Shown here piece by piece: positions 1-6,745 of a stretch of DNA of 41,857 nt. Numbering within the stretch: the first letter of the stretch is position 1; the number at the start of each line of letters is the position of its first letter. The translations under genes and the position numbers were made by a program. A model generated the notes under the pieces. The model was not told where the DNA came from, did not search any database, and saw only the letters and a list, made by a program, of their open reading frames with translations. The stretch is from an uncultured Oscillibacter sp. (GTDB lineage: Bacteria > Bacillota > Clostridia > Oscillospirales > Oscillospiraceae). The stretch spans positions 1-41,857 of the forward strand of contig CAJFNE010000001.1 of the NCBI GenBank assembly GCA_904393855.1, in the 5' to 3' direction.

Positions 1-546
1 GAAGGGCTTCCCCAGCTCCTGAAGCTCCCGGATCACCCGCTCCTCCGCCTCCAGGTAGTCCTCCCGGGGGATGTCGGAGATGGTGCCGTCGGTGGTGATC
101 ACCACGCCGATGGTGGAGTGCTCGGCAATGACTTTCCGGGTGCCGATCTCCGCCGCCTCGGTCATGGGGATCTCATGGTCAAACCAGGGGGTCGTCACCA
201 TCCGGGGGGCGTCGTCCTCATACTGGCCAATGGCGCCCCGAACCATATAGCCCACGCAGTCGATAAGCCGCACGGAGAAGCTGGCCCCGTCCGGCAGCTG
301 GATCTGGGCCGCCTCTTCCGGGACGAATTTCGGCTCCGCCGTCATGATGGTCCGGCCGGAGCCGCTCTGGGGCAGCTCATCCCGGGCCCGTTCCTTGCGG
401 TAGACGTTGTCGATGTTGGGAATCACCTGGGTCTCCATGAACCGCTTGATGAAGGTGGATTTTCCGGTGCGCACCGGGCCCACCACGCCGATGTAAATAT
501 CCCCCGCCGTGCGGGTGGCAATATTCTGGTAGATCGTGGTATTCAT
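1..546 (-). CDS. spoIVA: Stage IV sporulation protein A, N-terminal part (runs off window start)
   Basis: Manual minus-strand translation from ATG at 546: MNTTIYQNIATRTAGDIYIGVVGPVRTGKSTFIKRFMETQVIPNIDNVYRKERARDELPQSGSGRTIMTAEPKFVP, the characteristic SpoIVA P-loop ATPase N-terminus. Not in the ORF track because there is no stop in the window. Confidence 0.95.
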   Translation of the reverse strand, partial: MNTTIYQNIATRTAGDIYIGVVGPVRTGKSTFIKRFMETQVIPNIDNVYRKERARDELPQSGSGRTIMTAEPKFVPEEAAQIQLPDGASFSVRLIDCVGYMVRGAIGQYEDDAPRMVTTPWFDHEIPMTEAAEIGTRKVIAEHSTIGVVITTDGTISDIPREDYLEAEERVIRELQELGKPF

Positions 547-577
547 AGCATCCCGTCCTTTTTCCGATCTTGTTTCC

Positions 578-607
578 ACTCTATGTCCCCGATGAGAAAA
601 GTATGAC
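578..607 (-). promoter_or_regulatory. Putative sigma-E promoter of spoIVA
   Basis: Minus strand GTCATAC-15 nt-CATAGAGT resembles the sigma-E consensus (TCATAT / CATACA-T); spoIVA is sigma-E dependent in Bacillus and Clostridioides. Confidence 0.6.
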
Positions 608-679
608 GGCCCGTCTCTCTTTGTTTAAAACGCACAAAAAACGCGGCCGCACTTCTCCCCACTTCTTCCGATTCCCGGC

Positions 680-708
680 TTTACACCGAAAATTTAATAT
701 GATAAACT
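680..708 (+). promoter_or_regulatory. Putative sigma-A promoter of the ABC operon
   Basis: TTTACA-17 nt-TAAACT with extended TG, about 50 nt upstream of GGAGG SD and ATG 761. Confidence 0.55.
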
Positions 709-760
709 GCTACTGTATTAAACGAAGCGGTCGCTTCGGAATTTTTTGGAGGATTGTACT

Positions 761-1624
761 ATGAAAAAAGTATGGGCGCTGCTGCTGGCAGCCGCGATGA
801 CCCTGTCTCTGGCCGCCTGCGGCGGCGACACTTCCACAGACGAGACCACCGATGATACCAACCAGACCACGGAGGACACCGTCGATACCGGCGAGGGAAG
901 CGACCTGGCCTATGTCCAGGACAAGGGTACCCTGGTTGTGGGCATTACGTACTTTGAACCCATGGACTACAAGGCCGAGGGCAGCGACGAGTGGATCGGC
1001 TTTGACGCCGACATGGCCAAGGCCTTTGCCGAGAGCCTGGGCGTCACCGCTGAGTTCATCGAGATCACCTGGGACTACAAGGTGGAGGAGCTGGAGTCCA
1101 ATAACATAGACTGCGTGTGGAACGGCATGACCCTCACCGACGAGGTCACCTCCGCCATGGCCACCTCCACCCCCTACTGCACCAACTACCAGGTGCTGGT
1201 CTATCCCGCGGACCAGGCGGCCGAGTTCGAGGGCCTCACCTCCCTGGAGGGGCTGACGGTGGCCGTGGAGTCCGGCTCTGCCGGCGAGGATGCCGCCGAG
1301 GCCCTGGGTGCCACCACCGTGCCGGTCCAGTCCCAGGCCAACACCTTGATGGAGGTCTCCGCCGGTACCTCTGATGCCGCCGTGATCGATGTGCTGATGG
1401 CCGCCGCCATGACCGGAGAGGGTACCAGCTATGACAGCCTGACTTACAGCCTGAATCTGAACGATGCCCAGGGCCTGGAATCCGAGCAGTACGGCGTGGG
1501 CTTCCGGAAGGGCTCCGATCTGGTGGATGCGTTCAACACCTTCTGGGCTGAGGAGGTTGCCAGCGGCGCCGCTCTGGAAATCGCCACCACCTATGGCCTG
1601 CAGGACGCCGTGATCCTGGAATAA
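761..1624 (+). CDS. Polar amino-acid ABC transporter substrate-binding lipoprotein
   Basis: Lipobox MKKVWALLLAAAMTLSLAAC; SBP family 3 motifs GTLVVGIT..PM, GFDAD, IDCVWNGMT; SD GGAGG before ATG 761. Confidence 0.92.
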   Translation: MKKVWALLLAAAMTLSLAACGGDTSTDETTDDTNQTTEDTVDTGEGSDLAYVQDKGTLVVGITYFEPMDYKAEGSDEWIGFDADMAKAFAESLGVTAEFIEITWDYKVEELESNNIDCVWNGMTLTDEVTSAMATSTPYCTNYQVLVYPADQAAEFEGLTSLEGLTVAVESGSAGEDAAEALGATTVPVQSQANTLMEVSAGTSDAAVIDVLMAAAMTGEGTSYDSLTYSLNLNDAQGLESEQYGVGFRKGSDLVDAFNTFWAEEVASGAALEIATTYGLQDAVILE

Positions 1625-1646
1625 TCCCTTATCCCCGCATTCTGAC

Positions 1647-1676
1647 AAAGGCAGAGGGCGTCCGCTCTCTGCCTTT
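1647..1676 (+). terminator. Intercistronic hairpin after the SBP gene (partial terminator or mRNA stabiliser)
   Basis: AAAGGCAGAGGGCG-TC-CGCTCTCTGCCTTT inverted repeat. Confidence 0.6.
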
Positions 1677-1716
1677 GGCTGGCTTTTCATCCCCATAGAT
1701 AGAGAGGACGATTTCC

Positions 1717-2493
1717 TTGTTCACCATGTTCACCTCGTTCATAACTTCCAATGAATTTCAAACGGTCATCGCCGCCCTGAACACCGGCTTTGTCAAGACC
1801 GTCGAGCTGTTCTTCATCACGCTGGTGGGCGCGCTGCCCCTGGGCCTGGTGATCAGCTTCGGCTCCATGAATCAGATGCGGCCTTTTGGCTGGCTGTTCC
1901 AGGCGCTGGGCATGATCCCCCGGAACAGATTTACCCGGTGGCTGAATGGCTTTCGTCCCATCAGCCTGGTGTGCCGGCTGCTGGTGTGGGTGATCCGGGG
2001 CACGCCGCTGGTGCTGCAGATCATCATCCTGTTCTATGTGCCGGGTATGAAGGACCTCTTCTCCTGGCCCAGCGGTGAGACGGGCCGCATGACGGCGGTG
2101 TGCGTGGCCTTCATCCTGAATTACGCCTGCTACTTCTCCGAGATCTACCGGGGCGGCATCCAGGGGGTCCCCGTAGGCCAGCAGGAGGCCGGCCAGGTGC
2201 TGGGCATGACCAAGCGGCAGATTTTCTTCAAGATCACCCTGCTGCAGATGGTCAAGCGCATCGTCCCTCCCATGTCCAACGAGATCATTTCCCTGGTGAA
2301 GGATACCTCTCTGGCCCGGGTCATCGCCCTGCAGGAAGTCATCTGGATGGGCGAGTCTTTCATGAAGGGCAACTCTGGCTACTCCGGCCTGATCTGGCCG
2401 CTGTTCTTCACGGCCGTCTACTACCTGGTCTTCAGCGGCATTGTCACGCTCCTGCTGAGCTGGCTGGAGAAGAAGCTGAATTATTTCCGCTGA
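1717..2493 (+). CDS. Polar amino-acid ABC transporter permease
   Basis: IRGTPL motif and EAA loop SEIYRGGIQGVPVGQQEAGQVLGM, NEIISLVKDTSL; start could be ATG 1726. Confidence 0.92.
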   Translation: MFTMFTSFITSNEFQTVIAALNTGFVKTVELFFITLVGALPLGLVISFGSMNQMRPFGWLFQALGMIPRNRFTRWLNGFRPISLVCRLLVWVIRGTPLVLQIIILFYVPGMKDLFSWPSGETGRMTAVCVAFILNYACYFSEIYRGGIQGVPVGQQEAGQVLGMTKRQIFFKITLLQMVKRIVPPMSNEIISLVKDTSLARVIALQEVIWMGESFMKGNSGYSGLIWPLFFTAVYYLVFSGIVTLLLSWLEKKLNYFR

Positions 2494-2507
2494 GAGGAGG
2501 CGCGCGT

Positions 2508-3302
2508 ATGACAATTTTAGAAGTCAAGAATCTGGAAAAGCACTTCGGCGCCACCCAGGTGCTGAGCGACATCAGCTTCACCCTGGAGGAGGGCCAGGCC
2601 CTGGCTATCATCGGCTCCTCCGGCAGCGGCAAGACCACTCTGCTGCGGTGCCTGAATTTTCTGGAAACTCCCAGCGGCGGCTCCATCTCCGTCCGAGGAG
2701 AGACTCTGTTCGACGCAGACGACCCCGCTACACAGCGGGAGAGCGAGGTGCGGAAGAAGCGCCTCCACTTCGGACTGGTGTTCCAGTCCTTCAACCTCTT
2801 CCCTCAGTACACGGCGCTGCAGAATGTGACGCTGGCCAAGGAGCTGCTGGCCCAGGAGCAGCCGGACTTCAAGCAGAACAAGCGGGAGATCCTCTCCCAG
2901 ATTCAGGAGGAGGGCCGGGAGCTGCTGGCCAAGATGGGGCTCAGTGACCGGGCGGGCCATTATCCCCACCAGCTCTCCGGCGGTCAGCAGCAGCGGGTGG
3001 CTATCGCCCGGGCCTTGGCGCTGCACCCGGACATTCTCTGCTTTGACGAGCCCACCTCCGCCCTGGACCCGGAACTAACCGGCGAGGTGCTGAAAGTCAT
3101 TCGGAACCTGGCGGAGCAGCGGACCACCATGATCATCGTCACCCATGAGATGGCCTTTGCCCGAGATGTCTCGGACCAGCTGATCTTCATGGACGGCGGC
3201 ATCATCGTGGAGCAGGGCGATCCCCACCAGGTGATCGACCACCCCCGGGAGGAGCGGACCCGCCAGTTCCTCTCCCGGTACAGTGAGCAATACGAGCAAT
3301 AA
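2508..3302 (+). CDS. Polar amino-acid ABC transporter ATP-binding protein (GlnQ-like)
   Basis: GSSGSGKT, LSGGQQQR, FDEPTSALDPE, VTHEM; SD GAGGAGG before ATG 2508. Confidence 0.93.
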   Translation: MTILEVKNLEKHFGATQVLSDISFTLEEGQALAIIGSSGSGKTTLLRCLNFLETPSGGSISVRGETLFDADDPATQRESEVRKKRLHFGLVFQSFNLFPQYTALQNVTLAKELLAQEQPDFKQNKREILSQIQEEGRELLAKMGLSDRAGHYPHQLSGGQQQRVAIARALALHPDILCFDEPTSALDPELTGEVLKVIRNLAEQRTTMIIVTHEMAFARDVSDQLIFMDGGIIVEQGDPHQVIDHPREERTRQFLSRYSEQYEQ

Positions 3303-3306
3303 AAGC

Positions 3307-3339
3307 CAGGTCCCCACATCCAGCGGATGTGGGGACCTG
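3307..3339. terminator. Hairpin terminator after the ABC operon
   Basis: Perfect 15-bp stem CAGGTCCCCACATCC-AGC-GGATGTGGGGACCTG just after the stop codon. Confidence 0.7.
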
Positions 3340-3368
3340 ATTCTATGTTCCGTCCCGCGGTAGGCGCA

Positions 3369-3785
3369 GCCTCGCCGCCCGTCTGCACTCCGCGACAGCC
3401 GGACCCGACTGCCGTGTGGAATACCCGGACCTACGCCGGGGCTGGTAACGAGATAGAATTCTTTTGGTCCTTTTCCTCTGCGAGGCAAGAGCCTGCCATA
3501 TCCCACGGCTGGCATCGCCTCGCCGCCCTTCGTTCCCCGTGACAGCCAGACCCGGTTACCGAGCGGCAGGCCCGGACCTACGCCGGGGCTGGTAACGAGC
3601 TAGAATTCTTTTGGCCCTTTTCCTCTGCGAGGCAAGAGCCTGCCATATCCCACGGCTGGCATCGCCTCGCCGTCCGTATGCACTCCGTGACAGCCAGACC
3701 CGGTTACCGAGCGGCAGGCCCGGATCCACGCCGAGGCCGGTAACGAGCTAAAATTCTTTTGGTCCTTTTCTTTTAAGAAAAGGAC
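3369..3785. repeat. Tandem array of about 2.8 diverged ~148-bp structured units
   Basis: Units start GCCTCGCCG at 3369, 3517 and 3664 and share CCCGGA..ACGCCG.GGC.GGTAACGAG.TA.AATTCTTTTGG.CCTTTTC; the last ends in the hairpin GTCCTTTTCT-TTTA-AGAAAAGGAC. Confidence 0.9.
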
Positions 3786-5320
3786 GCCCGTTTCCGGGGG
3801 ATCAGCAGCAGTTTCTCCCGGGGAATCTCCGTCTCCGCCTCCAGCTGATTGGCGGCCAGGATGGCGGCGATGGTGGTGTTGTAGGCTTTTGCCATGTCCC
3901 AGGCACTCTCCTGCCGCCCCAGGCACCGCAGGACCAGGGACGGCGCGCCGCTGGTATCCCGCGTCTTCTCCGCGTCCAGCTTGGCGGAGGCAATGCACAC
4001 CCGCTTTACCTGGCTGACCGCCTCCACTCGGAAGTCCACTGGGAACCGGACCTCAATGCCCCGGTCCCCCAGGCTGCCTTGCACATCCTCCGGGCACAAG
4101 GCCCGGGCGGTGACGCGGCAGTCCTCCGGCAGCTCCACCTGGCAGGAGACATCCACGCTTCGCTCCGCCGCCAGGGGCACACCACCCTCGTCCAGATACA
4201 GCGCCCGGATGGTCACGGAGGTCCGCAGCAGCGCCGTCTCCCCTTCCCGGCTGACAGACACCGGGCCGCACACCGCCGCCAGGGACAGGATGGATTCCGC
4301 CAGCACCCCGATCTCCAAGACCTCCCGCACAGTCTGCCGGCGGGTCATAGTATCGTAAAGGCTGGTGAGATTCAGAGGCGCGGCCTCATAGGCGGTCTCA
4401 TAGGCGGTGGAGTACAGGTCATGCAGCAGCGTCAGTTCCCTGGCTTCCCGCAGCAGCGCTGTGGCATGGAGATACAGTGTCACCGCGATCTGCCGCCCCT
4501 CCGGGTCGTCGCCGTCAATCTGCAGGTCCGCCCCGGTAAGCTGCAGCTGCAGGGAGACCAGGCCATCCTCCCCGGCCCCCTCCACCTCCATGATCTGAGA
4601 GAAAGGCAGCTCCCCGGACGTGGAGCAGTACTTCCCATCTGCGGTTCGGTAGAGGAGGGTGACCGTAAAGACGCCCTTTAGAATCAGCTTATTGCCTACG
4701 ATTTTCGTCTCCGTCACGCAGCCGCATACCTGGCTGTCCAGCAGTTCCACAGCTCCATCTCGGCCTGGGGAGAGGTTCATCTCCTCTGTAAAGGTAAAAT
4801 CCTTTTCGGCTATTTGCGTCAGGAAGATGGCGTGCTGCTGCTCCTGCTGCTTCTCCACGCAGAGAGAATCCTCCGCTTCCACATCGGTGCAAAAGGCCGC
4901 CTGGATTTTCTGATAGCCGGTGAGGCGGGTCACCAGCTTGCAGTGGGTGAAGATCTTCCGGGGGTTCAGCATCCGGCTCTCCAGAAACTCCACCTCGGTC
5001 TCCGCGCACAGGCAGGTGCACCCTGGCAGGCCCCGCCCATCGCTCTCCGCGGTGAAAGGCATGGCGAATTCCAGGGACCGGATGCCGCCGGCCCCGTCCG
5101 GTGTGTACAGTACCGTCACCCGCACTGTGCCGGAGACCTCCGCCTTGCCGTCCCGCAGCTCCCGGCTGTGTATGTAGACCTTCCCGTCGGTGACGATGAT
5201 CCGGGCGATGTCCGGGCAGTAGTCCGGCACGATGGTCTCCGCGGTCTCCTCCTGAGTCAAGACCAGCTCCCCGCCTGTCTCGTATGCGTCCAGGCACGCT
5301 TTTTTCAATTCCAGTTCCAT
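3773..5320 (-). CDS. sipL: SPOCS (DUF3794) + C-terminal LysM spore coat assembly protein, SipL-like
   Basis: ETIVPDYCPDIARII (SPOCS-type) and C-terminal ESAWDMAKAYNTTIAAILAANQL...LLIP (LysM); lies between spoVM and spoIVA. Confidence 0.8.
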   Translation of the reverse strand: MELELKKACLDAYETGGELVLTQEETAETIVPDYCPDIARIIVTDGKVYIHSRELRDGKAEVSGTVRVTVLYTPDGAGGIRSLEFAMPFTAESDGRGLPGCTCLCAETEVEFLESRMLNPRKIFTHCKLVTRLTGYQKIQAAFCTDVEAEDSLCVEKQQEQQHAIFLTQIAEKDFTFTEEMNLSPGRDGAVELLDSQVCGCVTETKIVGNKLILKGVFTVTLLYRTADGKYCSTSGELPFSQIMEVEGAGEDGLVSLQLQLTGADLQIDGDDPEGRQIAVTLYLHATALLREARELTLLHDLYSTAYETAYEAAPLNLTSLYDTMTRRQTVREVLEIGVLAESILSLAAVCGPVSVSREGETALLRTSVTIRALYLDEGGVPLAAERSVDVSCQVELPEDCRVTARALCPEDVQGSLGDRGIEVRFPVDFRVEAVSQVKRVCIASAKLDAEKTRDTSGAPSLVLRCLGRQESAWDMAKAYNTTIAAILAANQLEAETEIPREKLLLIPRKRASFS

Positions 5321-5355
5321 GAAGGCTTCCTTCCTTTCCCGGCAGTTCATGTCCC

Positions 5356-5384
5356 ATCCTATGAACCGCCGGGGACGGTTATGC
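5356..5384 (-). promoter_or_regulatory. Putative sigma-E promoter of sipL, overlapping the spoVM stop
   Basis: Minus strand GCATAA-15 nt-CATAGGAT; same architecture as the spoIVA promoter candidate. Confidence 0.55.
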
Positions 5385-5453
5385 CTTGATGCGGAACAAT
5401 TTCCGCAGGATTCCCCGCAGTGCCTTGGGAGATTTCCAGACCACGATGTTCAT
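5379..5453 (-). CDS. spoVM: Stage V sporulation protein M (24-aa amphipathic peptide)
   Basis: MNIVVWKSPKALRGILRKLFRIKA*; Pro at position 9 as in SpoVM, K-x-P-K-x-L-x-G-I pattern, strong SD AGAAAGGAGG, and position downstream of pknB-rsgA as in B. subtilis. Confidence 0.85.
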   Translation of the reverse strand: MNIVVWKSPKALRGILRKLFRIKA

Positions 5454-5468
5454 CAAAGCGCCTCCTTT

Positions 5469-5630
5469 CTAACGCCGGCAGCAAGCGCAGCCGCATGCGA
5501 TCAGCAGGATGGCCACCAGGAACATCAGCGCGCCCACCGGAAATACCGCCGCGATCAGAATCCCGGCCCCCAGTGCCACCGCGCAGATGCCCAGCAGCCA
5601 GCATCCGCCTCCTCGATCTCCTCGAAACAT
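5469..5630 (-). CDS. 53-aa Cys-rich two-helix membrane protein of unknown function
   Basis: MFRGDRGGGCWLLGICAVALGAGILIAAVFPVGALMFLVAILLIACGCACCRR*; SD GGAGAGGAGG; its TAG abuts the spoVM SD. Confidence 0.7.
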   Translation of the reverse strand: MFRGDRGGGCWLLGICAVALGAGILIAAVFPVGALMFLVAILLIACGCACCRR

Positions 5631-5695
5631 TGCGCTGCGCCTCCTCTCCTGCACCAGTATACGCGGCAGGCGGCGGAGGGTGAAACACAATCTCC

Positions 5696-5805
5696 AGATA
5701 AAAGTGAAAAGATAAAAGATTTGGTGTCCGGCGAAGTCGGACGGCTCAAAATTGCCGCTGCGGGCGGCACCACAACTTTTATCTCATATCTCTTATCTTT
5801 TATCT
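5696..5805. repeat. Inverted heptamer-repeat element
   Basis: Left arm AGATAAA-AGTGAAA-AGATAAA-AGAT; right arm TTTATCT-CATATCT-CTTATCT-TTTATCT; ~55-bp GC-rich core with two small hairpins. Confidence 0.75.
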
Positions 5806-5806
5806 C

Positions 5807-5844
5807 AAAAAAGTTCCGCCGCGTCTGTGACGCGGCGGAACTTT
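5807..5844 (-). terminator. Rho-independent terminator of the operon ending in rsgA
   Basis: Minus strand AAAGTTCCGCCGCGTC-ACA-GACGCGGCGGAACTTTTTT right after the rsgA stop. Confidence 0.85.
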
Positions 5845-5848
5845 CCAT

Positions 5849-6745
5849 TCAGGTACGCCGTTTCTTCTCCTGCCAGTCCTGCAGGGGCTTCAGCTCCTCA
5901 TAGAGGCGCAGATAGCTCAGGTGGCGGCTCTTTTGAATCTCCCCTGCCCGGATCGCCTCCAAAACAGCGCAGCCTTTTTCCTTAGTGTGGCTGCACCCCT
6001 GGAACCGGCACTGGTCCAGGTAAGGGCGAAACTCCCGGAAGGTCTCTGGCAGATGGTGTTTCAGCTCCAGATTCAGCTCGTCGGTTTCAAAGGAGGAGAA
6101 CCCCGGGGAGTCCACCACCTCCGCGCCGCAGTTCAGGCGGTACAGCTCCACGTGCCGGGTCGTGTGCCGGCCCCGGCCCAGGGCGTCGCTAACCTCCCCT
6201 ACCTGGAGATGAAACTCCGGGTCCAGCGCGTTCAGGATACTGGATTTCCCAACGCCGGAGTTGCCTGTAAAGGCAGAAAGCTTTCCGGAAATTAAGCTCT
6301 CCAGTTCCGGCAGTCCCTCCCCGGTCACGGCACTGACCCGCACCGTGGGGAAGCCGGCGGCTGTGTAGATTCGATACAGCTCGTCGGCAGGGTCCAGGTC
6401 ACACTTGTTCAGCAGTACGACGACCTCGCAGTTCTTCAAAGCCGCGATGGCGGCCACCCGGTCAATGAGGAACGGGTCCGTCCGGGGGACGGCGCCGGAG
6501 GCCACCACCACCAGCTGGTCGATGTTGGCCACGGCGGGCCGGGCGAAAGCATTCCGGCGGGGCAGGATCTTCTCCACGAAGCCCTCGCCGCCTCCCAGCT
6601 CCCGGACCTCCACCCGGTCCCCCACCAGGGGGCTGACGCCCTCCCTGCGGAACTTGCCCCGAGCCCGGCAGGTGAGCAATTCCCCGCCGTCCGTATGCAC
6701 GTAGTAGAAGCCGCTCAGGGCCTTCTGAATCCGTCCCTCAGCCAT
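5849..6745 (-). CDS. rsgA: Ribosome small subunit-dependent GTPase A
   Basis: CRARGKFR, NKCDL, GNSGVGKSS, GRGRHTTR, DSPGF, C-terminal CRFQGCSHTKEKGC zinc site. Confidence 0.96.
   Translation of the reverse strand: MAEGRIQKALSGFYYVHTDGGELLTCRARGKFRREGVSPLVGDRVEVRELGGGEGFVEKILPRRNAFARPAVANIDQLVVVASGAVPRTDPFLIDRVAAIAALKNCEVVVLLNKCDLDPADELYRIYTAAGFPTVRVSAVTGEGLPELESLISGKLSAFTGNSGVGKSSILNALDPEFHLQVGEVSDALGRGRHTTRHVELYRLNCGAEVVDSPGFSSFETDELNLELKHHLPETFREFRPYLDQCRFQGCSHTKEKGCAVLEAIRAGEIQKSRHLSYLRLYEELKPLQDWQEKKRRT

Noticed and set aside
118-606. 162-aa plus-strand ORF
   Set aside because: Antisense to the clear spoIVA frame.
686-760. ArgR or CodY boxes upstream of the amino-acid ABC operon
   Set aside because: AT-rich, but too many mismatches to either consensus.
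3360-3381. GTAGGCGCAGCCTCGCCGCCC as a second GTAG REP
   Set aside because: Only a weak palindrome follows GTAG; insufficient support.
3555-3744. Known riboswitch or self-cleaving ribozyme for the GTTACC/GGTAAC motif
   Set aside because: I could not match it by eye to T-box, SAM, c-di-AMP, twister or pistol cores, and these copies lie between convergent 3' ends; an Rfam scan is needed.
3369-3785. Possible CRISPR array
   Set aside because: Units are ~148 bp and homologous along their whole length; no short repeat with unique spacers and no cas genes.
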